64,000 nt of DNA from an uncultured delta proteobacterium (lineage in GTDB: Bacteria; Desulfobacterota; Binatia; UBA9968): NCBI GenBank assembly GCA_963771465.1, contig CAVYTU010000006.1:96001-160000 (forward strand). The letters run 5' to 3'. The translations under genes and the position numbers were made by a program. The notes under the pieces were generated by a model. That model worked only from the letters and a program-made list of their open reading frames with translations. It was not told where the DNA came from and ran no database searches. Positions 1 to 9,616 of the stretch are shown piece by piece. Position 1 is the stretch's first letter. Every line of letters starts with the position of its first letter.

Positions 1-2227
1 CGTCATTACGCACTGCGCTTAAAGATTCTGCGCTTGCAACCAAGTTACCGGCCAAATAATTGTTGATGTTCTGTTCCATGTGGGAAGGGAACTTGGGCGC
101 GGCGCCGACTAACTTTTCACGATACACTCGGAGCATGAGCTCTTTGAAAACCGGCAATGCGAGTCGGCCGCCAGTTTCATTGGGGCCCAGCGAGCGATTA
201 TCGTCAAAGCCGATGCGTACGGCGATAGTAATTCCCTCGGGACCGTAAGTTGAGCCGACAAATAGCGCATCTCTGAACTCGTTAGTGGTCCCCGTCTTGC
301 CCATAACCGCGATGGGAAAATCGCCGGATGCAAGCGTATGAGCCGTGCCGGTGGGAATGCGCACGACGCCGCGCAGGCCTTCCTGAACCAGCGCAAGCGC
401 CGAGTCGTTGACATCGACCGTCGACCGAGCCCCACCATAATCGACCGCTGTGTCACCCGAATCGCGGACAATCTTTCGGATGACATAGGGCTCCGTAAAG
501 ACTCCCGATGCTATGGTGCGGTAGGCATTGGCCAGCTCCAGCAAATTCATTTCCGACGCGCCCAACCCAGTCGCCAAATAGGGTTGCAATCGCGTCTTGA
601 TCCCGAGACTCCGCGACGTTCCTAGAATAGTACCAATCCCAATCTGGTCAGTGAGCCAAATCGCGACGGTGTTTCTGGATTCGGCGAACGCCTCGCGGAG
701 GGAAATCATTCCTCTGAATTGTTTGTCGTAGTTTGAGATCCATTTCGTTGCCCTTTTATCGCGATCCTGCACACCGATCGGTTGGTCGGGAACCACAGTC
801 TCGAGGTCGAAGTTTCCCTGGCGAAAAGCCGCCAGATACACAAAGGGCTTCATCGTCGATCCAGGTTGGCGCAGCGCCTTGGTGACACGGTTGAAGTCGC
901 TATATAAAGCGGAACGGTTCCGATAAATCTGCCGTCCGCCGGTCTCGGCGAGGATGCTGGCATCGCGGTTCCGTAGTACAACGACTGAACCTTGGATTAT
1001 CCCTTTAGCACCCGGATGTCGCTGCTCGTAACGCTCCAGCCCGTGCTCCAGTGCTTGGTTGGCGATGAGCTGCACGCGGGCATCGACAGTCGAGTGAATC
1101 TGGATACGCCCGTGAAAGAGATCTTCATCGGTGAATCCCGCATGCCGATCCTTGAGTTCCTGAAGGATGGTGTCAAGGACTGCCGGCGACGGAACGAGCT
1201 TGTCCTTGCGCCGCGCGATCACCTGACTGGGGAGCTGTTCGGCTAACTTTAAACGTTCGGGGGAAATGAATTCATTTGCAGACATAAGCGCTAGAGTTTG
1301 ATTCCGACGGCGTAAAACACGTTCGGTTAACTGGGCGCTGGGCGCGTAATAACGAGGCGCCTTGGCGATGCCTGCCAAAAGCGCCGCTTTGTCAGCATCG
1401 GCCGCGGTGAAAGTTTCGAGCGGGCGGCCAAAATAGTATTCCGCCGCCGCCGCGAATCCGTACTGGCCGTTGCCCATATAGATGAAGCTAGCGTAGCGCG
1501 CGAGAATCTCTTTCTTAGCGTTGCGTTTCGACCCGAAACGTTTTTGCATCTCGTCTTCGATCCACAAGGAGAGCCGAATCTCCTCGAGCTTGCGAACTAA
1601 CTTGTTGACGGTCCGCGCACCGACCATAATCGACAATGCGTATGGGAGCATGCCGCCATGCTGGAGCTGGTGGCTGTTTTCCTTGGCGGCGAGGTTTTTG
1701 AGAAAATAACCGCGCACGAGCTGTTGCGTGATCGTCGATCCGCCTTGCGGCAGAAACGCCGGACTCTCAACGTCACTTTGCGACCCGACTCCAATGAGAT
1801 TTGCCGCCATCGCTTGGATTCTGACTTTGCCCAAAATCCGAGGAATGACCGAATAGTCGACGCCGCTATGCGAGAAGAAACGTTTGTCTTCAGTGGCAAT
1901 GATCGCCCCCCGAACGATCGGCGGGATGTCGTCAAATTTGCTGATCTTGCGGTATTCATTTGCCAATTCAATGAACGGCTCGCCGTTGCCATCGTAGACG
2001 GTGCCGATGGTAGGAAATTCAAAGCGGATAAATGCTTCTATGTCAGGCAAATCCCTTCGATCAAAATAGACGTGATAAAATCCGATGACGACGACAGCCG
2101 CTACAATCGGTGTCGTGCAAATTAAGAGGTTCAAAATGGCTCTGGGCCAATCTTGCGTCGTAAATCGCGCAATCCGTATCCTCCGAGCCGCCACCAGAGC
2201 TCTATTGGTTTTTGAAACTCCGTCCAT
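1..2227 (-). CDS. Class A penicillin-binding protein (transglycosylase/transpeptidase, PBP1A-like); 3' end runs off the window
   Basis: Manual translation from ATG at 2227: N-terminal TM segment, glycosyltransferase motifs EDKRFFSHSGVD and GGSTITQQL, transpeptidase motifs RQPGSTMK (SxxK) and KTGTT. Absent from the ORF track because there is no stop inside the window. Confidence 0.9.
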   Translation of the reverse strand, partial: MDGVSKTNRALVAARRIRIARFTTQDWPRAILNLLICTTPIVAAVVVIGFYHVYFDRRDLPDIEAFIRFEFPTIGTVYDGNGEPFIELANEYRKISKFDDIPPIVRGAIIATEDKRFFSHSGVDYSVIPRILGKVRIQAMAANLIGVGSQSDVESPAFLPQGGSTITQQLVRGYFLKNLAAKENSHQLQHGGMLPYALSIMVGARTVNKLVRKLEEIRLSLWIEDEMQKRFGSKRNAKKEILARYASFIYMGNGQYGFAAAAEYYFGRPLETFTAADADKAALLAGIAKAPRYYAPSAQLTERVLRRRNQTLALMSANEFISPERLKLAEQLPSQVIARRKDKLVPSPAVLDTILQELKDRHAGFTDEDLFHGRIQIHSTVDARVQLIANQALEHGLERYEQRHPGAKGIIQGSVVVLRNRDASILAETGGRQIYRNRSALYSDFNRVTKALRQPGSTMKPFVYLAAFRQGNFDLETVVPDQPIGVQDRDKRATKWISNYDKQFRGMISLREAFAESRNTVAIWLTDQIGIGTILGTSRSLGIKTRLQPYLATGLGASEMNLLELANAYRTIASGVFTEPYVIRKIVRDSGDTAVDYGGARSTVDVNDSALALVQEGLRGVVRIPTGTAHTLASGDFPIAVMGKTGTTNEFRDALFVGSTYGPEGITIAVRIGFDDNRSLGPNETGGRLALPVFKELMLRVYREKLVGAAPKFPSHMEQNINNYLAGNLVASAESLSAVRND

Positions 2228-2285
2228 TGTTTTGCATTCAATCAAACATTGAGCGTGTGATTTGCATCCTCGAACGATGAACATA

Positions 2286-2301
2286 CGCAAACCACACGCC
2301 A
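2286..2301 (-). promoter_or_regulatory. Putative sigma-54 (-24/-12) promoter for the PBP gene
   Basis: Minus strand reads TGGCGT-GTGGT-TTGCG, with correct GG-N10-GC spacing, about 60 bp upstream of the ATG. Confidence 0.5.
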
Positions 2302-2499
2302 AAAAACTGACTGACCGTTCTCTCAGAAGTTTTGCTGGAGCGGACGTACAATTTTGAGATACTCTAAACGCGAGACCTCACAAATGAGACAGCCGGCAGC
2401 CATCGCTTCAGACGCGGCGCAGAAAATTTCGCTGGCAACGGCTTGACGCGGGCTGTGGGGTCTCGGTAAAGAACAGGTGATACATTCTTCGGAGGTTCT

Positions 2500-3117
2500 A
2501 TGGACGCTGAACGGGCAATCGAGCTTTCTTCCCAAGGGTCGGCTCTCATCATTGTCGACATGCAGACTGAAGGCTGTGAAAGGCATGGTGCCGGTGTTAA
2601 GCCGGTCATCCGGAACATTAGAGCTTTGTTGGACCGATTTCGCCAAGCCAATGGAAAGATCATCCACGTTCAATCCGTGCGAAGGAAGGATCATCCCGAA
2701 TTCACCTTCTTTGGCAAAAAGTACTCGCTCATCGAGGACAGCCCGGCGGTTGAGTTTGTCGAGGAGCTTAAACCGGCTGCTGATGAGGTCGTCGTAAAAA
2801 AGTATTCCCATGACTGCTTCTATCAGACTTCCATGGAAGATCAGCTAAGGAAATTCGATCTACGGCCTTGTCGAGATTCTATCGTCGTCACTGGAATCGG
2901 CTCAAACAATTGCGTCTATCACGCGGTCATCGGATTTCACATAAGAAACTACCTCGTCTACGTGCCGCAGGATTGTATCCATGCCAGCCGGGCCGAGGGT
3001 CAGCAATTTGCTCTGAGCCAATTTCGCTCGCCCGCGTATAATTTCAACGTGAGTGTGACTCGGTCTGCAGACATCAAGCTCGGCGCCGAGCTCAAGCGGG
3101 CCGCCGTAAACAGCTAG
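2500..3117 (+). CDS. Isochorismatase-family cysteine hydrolase
   Basis: LIIVDMQ (Asp), VVKKYSHDCF (Lys), GIGSNNCV (Cys); GGAGG RBS. Confidence 0.88.
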   Translation: MDAERAIELSSQGSALIIVDMQTEGCERHGAGVKPVIRNIRALLDRFRQANGKIIHVQSVRRKDHPEFTFFGKKYSLIEDSPAVEFVEELKPAADEVVVKKYSHDCFYQTSMEDQLRKFDLRPCRDSIVVTGIGSNNCVYHAVIGFHIRNYLVYVPQDCIHASRAEGQQFALSQFRSPAYNFNVSVTRSADIKLGAELKRAAVNS

Positions 3118-3210
3118 CTGCTGCCGGTTAACGACGAACGTTGTTGCTCAATCCCGCCGCTGACGAAGGATTTTTCAATTCACACTGAACTCCGGTGACG
3201 AGGTAGGACG

Positions 3211-4320
3211 ATGAAATTTTTCTTGATTATTTTTCTTAGCGTGACATTGGGTTGGGAGATTTTGCCCATCGGTGCGGCCGACGCGCCGTTGACGACAAAA
3301 GCCAAACCGGTGGCGCAGGCGAAAGGTTATGTGTCCGTCGGCAACCACAACGACTTGGTGGAGAAGGCCAAGCAGGAGCGAAATTTGCGCATCCTGGTCA
3401 ACATGGACCCGGCCACGCTAAAGGTTGCGGCTAAGGCTTTCAATCAGCGCTACCCGTTCATCAACCTGCATGCTCAGGAAATTACCGGAACCGACATGGT
3501 CCAGCGCAACGTCTTGGAGATCAAAAGCGGACGGGCACGGGAATGGGATATCATTTATCCGAGCAGAGACTTGTACAGCGAGTACCAGCCCTATCTATGG
3601 AAGATCGATCTTCTGCACATGGCCGAGCGCGGCGTCTTACAAATTCCGGGGGCGATGATCGATCCAAAGAACCGCAATATTGTCGCGCCTTATACCCGGA
3701 TCATTGCCGCCGCCTATAACAAGGATGCCGTAACCGCGGAACAACTTCCCAAAACCTGGGAAGATTTCCTCAAGCCTGAATTCAAGGGGAGGAAGTTTGC
3801 GGTGGATATCGGACCACGGCCAATCGCCTGCCTCGTCCCGGCATGGGGCTTGGAAAAGACTTTGGACTTCGCGCGCAAACTCGCGGCGCAGGAACCGGTC
3901 TGGGTCCGTGGAGTCAGTCGAACGTTACCTTCCATCGTCACCGGTGAAGTACCCATGATGATGGGCACCCTACTGCATAGTGTAAAGCGAGCAGAGCTCA
4001 AGGACCGCACCGGGGTGCTGCGCCATGTCGTCCTGGAGCCGGTGCCGGTTTACCTCACTTCTGAACAGGCGATTCTGGCCACGTCCCAGAATCGACACGC
4101 AGCGATCCTCTGGTTGGAATGGATGGCTAGTTCCGAGTCGCAAAAAATTGCCGACGATCAGGAACCCATGGGATCGTCGCACCTGTTCCGCGGCGGTGGC
4201 GTCGAGCAGGAACTGCGCGGCAAAAAGCTCTCATGGGTAAACTGGGAACAACATGCAAACATGGAATCATGGATGACCAAACTGTTCGAGGCCTATGGCT
4301 TTCCCAACGCCCAGCGTTGA
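3211..4320 (+). CDS. ABC transporter extracellular solute-binding protein (Fe3+/thiamine/polyamine-type fold)
   Basis: Signal peptide; AYNK...PKTWEDFLKPEFKG and HAAILWLEWM motifs; paralog of the 16671 and 19970 proteins. Confidence 0.85.
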   Translation: MKFFLIIFLSVTLGWEILPIGAADAPLTTKAKPVAQAKGYVSVGNHNDLVEKAKQERNLRILVNMDPATLKVAAKAFNQRYPFINLHAQEITGTDMVQRNVLEIKSGRAREWDIIYPSRDLYSEYQPYLWKIDLLHMAERGVLQIPGAMIDPKNRNIVAPYTRIIAAAYNKDAVTAEQLPKTWEDFLKPEFKGRKFAVDIGPRPIACLVPAWGLEKTLDFARKLAAQEPVWVRGVSRTLPSIVTGEVPMMMGTLLHSVKRAELKDRTGVLRHVVLEPVPVYLTSEQAILATSQNRHAAILWLEWMASSESQKIADDQEPMGSSHLFRGGGVEQELRGKKLSWVNWEQHANMESWMTKLFEAYGFPNAQR

Positions 4321-4383
4321 GTAGAGTCCGTTGGCAACCGATGCGGGGCGCCATGTCGTGCAAAACAGTAAATCGGAGCGCGG

Positions 4384-4893
4384 CTATTTTACCCCGTAAG
4401 CGGCGTAAAGCTGGTCGATGTAGCCGCTGCGGTCGAGTTCCTGAATAAGTTTTGCGTCAATGAGACTCTCGGCTTTAAGCTCGGCCACCGCGGGATTGCG
4501 CGATTTCATCAGACGCTGCACGTTATTAAGACCTTCCACGGAAGGATAAGGCTTTCGGTCCGTGGCGTGCAGCAGGTCTTGGTAGCCTTGCTCGGCAAGC
4601 GCCGGGTCAGACACTTTCAGCCGCCGCGCGATGGTTTCGATCACCGCGGGTTTCATTCGCGGGCTCAGCGCGTAGGCGACTCCTTCCAACCACGCCTTCA
4701 AGGTGTTTCTCGCCGCGTCGGGTTGCTGGATCAGGTAACTCGCACGCACGACAATCCCGTTGCTGACGAACGGAATGTTGGTTTTCGAAAGCTCTACCAG
4801 GGTCGGAAATCCGCGCTGCTTTAAATCGCTGCTGAACGCGCTATCGACGACGGTCGCGTCTATGGTTCCCTTTTCCAACGCTTGGGTTAGCAT
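4384..4893 (-). pseudogene. C-terminal fragment of an NMT1/SsuA-like ABC substrate-binding protein
   Basis: ALEKGTIDAT...PYPSVEGL...ELDRSGYIDQLY is a typical C-terminal half; no signal peptide or N-terminal half upstream. Confidence 0.65.
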
Positions 4894-4954
4894 CGTTTGG
4901 TCACCGGCAGCGACGACCTGAAAAAAGAAATCGTATCATTGCGAGAGAATCGAA

Positions 4955-5040
4955 GTCGCAGGTATTGATCCAGTCCGGCATCGCCAGCGCATTCGGTGGA
5001 ATCGTCAGGCGGTTTGCTTGACGCTTCCCTATTGATGAGT
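4955..5040 (-). pseudogene. Degraded C-terminal remnant of an ABC_sub_bind (PF04392-type) SBP
   Basis: KRQANRLTIPPNALAMPD resembles the family ending KQIGLTIPPNVLARAD. Confidence 0.4.
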
Positions 5041-5220
5041 AGATCGAATTATTGATTTTGACCCACCGATTTCCCGATTCTTGGACGTGTCGCGGTGTGT
5101 TTTTCAAAATCGGGAAGCCTAGCCCTCAAATCGAGGAGAGAAATGGCAACAACGGACAATGATATCCAAAATGGACGGGCATACCGTTTGCTCCATGGTG
5201 GCGAGGAAAGGAGACAGCCC

Positions 5221-5442
5221 ATGTCCGTTAAAGCCTCTTCGCTCTCTCGAATCAAAACATTTAAAGTTGTCTGTGACCGGTGCAAACAAATCGTTGAGGG
5301 GATTCGCGGCGAAGAGTTTACCACTGGATTTTATGACATGACCACTTGGGAAGAATACCGGCGCGAGAATGAACATTACGTGTGTGTCTCGTGTATGTTC
5401 GCTGATCCTAAATACGTAGAGCGTTACGGCTCTTGCTTCTAG
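5221..5442 (+). CDS. Small hypothetical protein with two CxxC motifs (73 aa)
   Basis: AGGAG RBS before ATG 5221; CDRC...CVSC. Confidence 0.6.
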   Translation: MSVKASSLSRIKTFKVVCDRCKQIVEGIRGEEFTTGFYDMTTWEEYRRENEHYVCVSCMFADPKYVERYGSCF

Positions 5443-5584
5443 GTTTGGATATAATCACGCCCTGCACGCTTTTCACCTGCGTATTGCAACGCTCGCTTAA
5501 ATTGCTGTGATCGATGAGTTGATTCGATCTCACGCGAGATCTCTGAGAAAGAGAAATCAGTTCAATCCTGGCATCGCCGCGTGG

Positions 5585-5730
5585 TCACTTGACACTGATG
5601 CCCGCCTTCGCCAACACCTCTTCGCGGGATCGTAACCCAATCTGCTTCGCCGCTTTGAGATTGATGATGAAGTCGAATTTGATCGGCTGGTCGAAGGAAA
5701 TAGCGGCTGGTTTAACGCCGTTGAGAAATT
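5585..5730 (-). pseudogene. C-terminal remnant of an ABC_sub_bind (PF04392-type) SBP
   Basis: GVKPAAISFDQPIKFDFIINLKAAKQIGL matches the family C-terminus; the upstream part is replaced by the neighbouring gene. Confidence 0.65.
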
Positions 5731-5732
5731 GT

Positions 5733-6827
5733 CTACTTAGGTAAAGGGCTTGTGCTGCGCAGTACTGGCAACCCCATCTGCTGCCACAAAAGCATGCCGC
5801 CATGGAGGTTGGCTACTCGCGGAAATCCGGCGTCGCGTAGGATGACCGTGGCTTGACCTGAACGCATGCCTGCGTGGCACACCGGAATCACAGGCTTGTC
5901 CTTGGGAATTTCCGCCAGGCGGTCTTTCAGTTCGTTTAACGGGACGCATTGAGCCGTGGCTATGTGGCCCAGCCTGTCCTCCAGTTCCTCGCGTTGGCGC
6001 ACGTCGAGCACAAGGACTTCAGTGAGATGTTCGGCGACCCATTCCGGGTCGATCTCGAGCAGCCCCGCGTAGCTCCGCCGCACCGGCCCCCAATCCGCGG
6101 GTCGCGGTACTTTTTCATCCTGTGGCTTGCCGCAATGCAGATTCGCCGGCACGGCGACGTCGATCTGCTTGGGGTGCGGCAGATTCAGGTTTTCCATGAA
6201 GCCGACAAAGTCGCGCTCATCGGCATGGCCGCCGATGCGCGGATTGTGCGCACGCTCTTCGCCGACCGAAGACATGGTGCGGCCACTGTAGTCGTGGCCG
6301 GGAAAAATCAGAGAGTCGTCCGGCAGACTGAAGATCTGCTCGGTGATGGAGCGGTAGAGCGTGCTGGCGTTGCCCTGCTGGAAATCGCAGCGGCCAGCGC
6401 CTCGAATCAGCAGACAGTCGCCGGTGAACGCCATGCGGTGGTCGTCGGTCACATAGGTGATGCATCCGTCGGTGTGGCCGGGCGTAGCGCGCACTTCCAA
6501 ATACCGTGTCCCGAAGGTCACCCGATCGCCATGATCGAAGCGCAGGTCCGCCCCCTGCACCGCAGCGCAGCGCTTCGAATTCCCGATACGGCAGCCGGTC
6601 GCTTGTTGCATCAACCACGCGCCGGTCACGTGGTCGGCATGGCAGTGCGTGTCGAGCACGGCGACCAGCTTCAACCCGAGCTCCTCCAACAGCGCGTGAT
6701 CGCGGAAGTGCTGCTCGAAGACTGTGTCGATGATCACGGCCTCAAGGCTTTGAGGATCACCCACCACGTAGGTATAGGTCGACGAAGCAGCGTCGAACAG
6801 CTGGCGGAAAATAATGTTGCTGAACAT
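5733..6827 (-). CDS. Persulfide dioxygenase (ETHE1-like MBL) fused to rhodanese
   Basis: FRQLFD..STYTY, THCHADH, TPGHT, GDCLLIRGAGRCDFQ; C-terminal rhodanese with the CHAGMR active-site loop; GAGGT RBS before ATG 6827. Confidence 0.9.
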   Translation of the reverse strand: MFSNIIFRQLFDAASSTYTYVVGDPQSLEAVIIDTVFEQHFRDHALLEELGLKLVAVLDTHCHADHVTGAWLMQQATGCRIGNSKRCAAVQGADLRFDHGDRVTFGTRYLEVRATPGHTDGCITYVTDDHRMAFTGDCLLIRGAGRCDFQQGNASTLYRSITEQIFSLPDDSLIFPGHDYSGRTMSSVGEERAHNPRIGGHADERDFVGFMENLNLPHPKQIDVAVPANLHCGKPQDEKVPRPADWGPVRRSYAGLLEIDPEWVAEHLTEVLVLDVRQREELEDRLGHIATAQCVPLNELKDRLAEIPKDKPVIPVCHAGMRSGQATVILRDAGFPRVANLHGGMLLWQQMGLPVLRSTSPLPK

Positions 6828-6987
6828 GGGTAACCTCAAAAATATTCGAACACGTGAAGGCGAGCCGCCTTTTCATCACGCCTAACGCTCTATTCCCAAC
6901 CGTGCAAGCAATCAAGCATCGGATAAGTCGCCAAAGAAGCAACAGGAGGATAAAACGCGTCGGATTCAACCCCCTATGGCTGTGCTC

Positions 6988-7785
6988 TCAGACAATTCCT
7001 TGAACGGCCCAGGCTCTTGCCGTCAGAGCAATAGTTCCATCCGCCGACGGCGCGAGTCGGGATTTCAATACGGTGCGAATCCTCTCTTGGGTCGGCTCAT
7101 CTAACGATGCCAGATAAGTTGGTGCCGCTCCTTGTTTGCCAAGGAACGGATCCCAATAATCATCGAAGCTTCGGAACACTGTGGGGATATCAAGCGCGCG
7201 ACACGATACCTCTCTCAACCCGATATCCCGAAATAGCCCCTGCAAAGGCTCTGGCTGGCAGATCGGAAATCGCTCAGCCTGGTCAAGCTTGGAATCATCC
7301 GGGCTTATCGCGATAGCCGCATCCCAGAAGTGCCGCATCATCTCCATGCCGCGCTCATAGTCCCACACGTATGCGGCGACTTTCCCGCCGGGCCTGGTTA
7401 CTCGTGCCATTTCGCTTGCCATAGCCTTGTGGTCTGGGACAAAGTTCAACACCAGGCCGGATACGGTTACATCGAATGTATCAGTGTCCCACGGTAAGGC
7501 TGCGGCGTCGGCTGTGTCGAACGTTACCCGAGGATCTGCGACATTCTGACGTGCTGCGGAGACAAATCCGTTGGCCTTATCGACACCGGCAATCGACTTC
7601 GGCTCACATTGCGCAAGAATACCCTCCACTAGCGCGCCAGTTCCGCAGCCAACATCGGCCCACGCGGCTCCCGCAGGCACGAAAATCCAAGCTAGAAACT
7701 CCCTGGCGACTGCGCGGCTCCAACGACCAACATATCGCTCGTAAGGGCCCGCCGATCCCCAGTTCTCTTTTGGTTTTTCGTTCAT
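6988..7785 (-). CDS. Class I SAM-dependent methyltransferase
   Basis: YERYVGRWS, DVGCGTG, RVTRPGG; GGAG RBS before ATG 7785. Confidence 0.9.
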   Translation of the reverse strand: MNEKPKENWGSAGPYERYVGRWSRAVAREFLAWIFVPAGAAWADVGCGTGALVEGILAQCEPKSIAGVDKANGFVSAARQNVADPRVTFDTADAAALPWDTDTFDVTVSGLVLNFVPDHKAMASEMARVTRPGGKVAAYVWDYERGMEMMRHFWDAAIAISPDDSKLDQAERFPICQPEPLQGLFRDIGLREVSCRALDIPTVFRSFDDYWDPFLGKQGAAPTYLASLDEPTQERIRTVLKSRLAPSADGTIALTARAWAVQGIV

Positions 7786-7825
7786 ATCTCCACGCTGTGT
7801 CATCACGGTCTGCTGGAACCGGTTG

Positions 7826-8257
7826 TTACGCGCTTCCAGTCAGCTTGGTCAGCAGGATGCCAGTCAAGCACAGAAAGCTAACGATCTGCACGAAAAAGAA
7901 CCCGAAACGCACGGCTGCTACCGTGTTGGTCTGAACAAAACAGACGTGCACCAGCGATTGCATGATGCGGGCAACTAGAACCGCGACTGCCAGCACGTTC
8001 ACAAAGCTGCTGGCCACATTGCCAACGTGCAGCGCAAAAACAATTGCGCCAAAAACCGGCAGGTTTTCGACGCAGTTCGCGTGGGCCCGCATCGCGCGCT
8101 TGTACCAATCTGCTCCCTCAACCTGATCAGCCCGGAAGCTGCGTATCGGCATGCGTCCGGTCAGAATCCGACTCCAACGGTATACCCCGACCGTAGCGAG
8201 CAACAACAATACGGTCCAAACGGCGAATCCCACCAGCATCCACACGGGTACCGTCAT
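7826..8257 (-). CDS. MAPEG family membrane protein
   Basis: RAMRAHANCVENLPVF motif and four hydrophobic segments. Confidence 0.88.
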   Translation of the reverse strand: MTVPVWMLVGFAVWTVLLLLATVGVYRWSRILTGRMPIRSFRADQVEGADWYKRAMRAHANCVENLPVFGAIVFALHVGNVASSFVNVLAVAVLVARIMQSLVHVCFVQTNTVAAVRFGFFFVQIVSFLCLTGILLTKLTGSA

Positions 8258-8570
8258 GAGATCGCCTCATCGTCTGACGCATAACGGTTTAATCTACTGC
8301 CGAATGTTCGGCCGTATATTGAGTTTTTTCGTTTCGATTCCACAAAAACAAAACCGATTGAAATATTCTCCAGTTGCCAAGATCTTGTCAAGAACGAACT
8401 AGGTTCCAGGTGTTGCAGGGTTGTTCGCCGGTTGGCGTGTTGCTCGTCTCGCGGCAGGTGCTAGAGTTCGGATGTGAGCTCCACTCGCATCAGCCGCCGC
8501 ATGAACGCGTCCCGCGCGGACGTCTATCGCGCGCTTCTCGACATTACGGGCTCAGTAAAGAAAAAATGGC

Positions 8571-8609
8571 GTTCAAGCCGTTCAATCGCTTCGCTTCGTT
8601 CAAAACGTT
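8571..8609 (+). repeat. GTTCAA-rich dispersed repeat, copy 1
   Basis: 36/39 identical to the reverse complement of 13448-13486. Confidence 0.8.
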
Positions 8610-8833
8610 ATACGAAATAAGATGATGCGCCGCTGACGACGGGATTGTTTTGATTTAACTCTGCGTTCCACGTTGTCTCCGACGTCTAGGTTTTGATGAT
8701 CTCTGCGAATCCTTTCCACATGGCCGCGTATGTTCTTGTTCCGAGGCAAAGTAAAGTGACCGCTTGACACGTTCGTTAAGCTTGTACTACGCGAAGAAGT
8801 GCGCCAAACAATAATCTTTGACGGAGGTTCAGC

Positions 8834-9598
8834 GTGGAAAAGTTGATACCAAAATTTCGCTTCGGTCACATCGATCCGGCGGCCGTCGAGGCGCGCCGGG
8901 CGCGACGCGGCCCCGGTTACGAGTTTTACCAGATCGTCCCGACCAACATTATGTTGGTCACTGCCGTTCTAGGCATCAAAGATTTTACCCGCGACGCGGT
9001 CGAGGCCGCGATCCCCAACTATTGGAACTGCGTCGAGGCATTGGCGGAAGAAAAAGTGGATGTGTTCGTTCTCGGCGGCACTCCCGTGTCGGCGCAGTTG
9101 GGACGCCCTCGAGTTGTGCGACTTCTGAAAGAAGCCGAAGACAAATTCGGCATACGCGGCGACGCGCCCCTGGAAGCGGCGATTGCGGCGATGCAGCACC
9201 TAGGATTGAAAAAGATTACCGTGGGCGGACGCTGGACCGATGAATTCAACCAAGCAGTTATCCGTTATCTGGAGGATGGCGGTATCGAAGTTGTCGGCAT
9301 CACCAAACGCGGCCAATGGGGAAAGGAGGCTTTCGCCATGTCGTTTGAGCAAGGCTTAAAGCTGGCGCTGGAAGTTGGTCGTGAGGCGGCGCTCATGGCT
9401 CCCGATGCCGAGGCAATTTTGGTTCCCGGCGGAGCCACCATGAGCTTGCACGTGATACCTGCGCTCGAGGAGGAATTCGGCAAACCGACATTTACCAGAA
9501 CCAGCGCCGAGGTGTGGCGCAACCTTGTTCATCCTGGAATTATTCCGCCGGTAACCGGCTGGGGGAAGCTGCTAGCCTCCGGCAAACCATCGGCGTGA
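8834..9598 (+). CDS. Arylmalonate decarboxylase / maleate isomerase (Asp/Glu racemase fold) family protein
   Basis: AAMQHLGLKKITV, YLEDGGIEVV, PDAEAILV, LEEEFGKP, GWGKLL; GGAGG RBS with GTG start. Confidence 0.8.
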   Translation: MEKLIPKFRFGHIDPAAVEARRARRGPGYEFYQIVPTNIMLVTAVLGIKDFTRDAVEAAIPNYWNCVEALAEEKVDVFVLGGTPVSAQLGRPRVVRLLKEAEDKFGIRGDAPLEAAIAAMQHLGLKKITVGGRWTDEFNQAVIRYLEDGGIEVVGITKRGQWGKEAFAMSFEQGLKLALEVGREAALMAPDAEAILVPGGATMSLHVIPALEEEFGKPTFTRTSAEVWRNLVHPGIIPPVTGWGKLLASGKPSA

Positions 9599-9616
9599 AC
9601 GCGCTCTGAGAATCAG

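Noticed and set aside
5949-6833. 294-aa plus-strand ORF and similar long antisense ORFs (18382-19011, 28228-28962, 59747-60433)
   Set aside because: Shadows of well-supported genes on the opposite strand in GC-rich DNA; no recognisable motifs.
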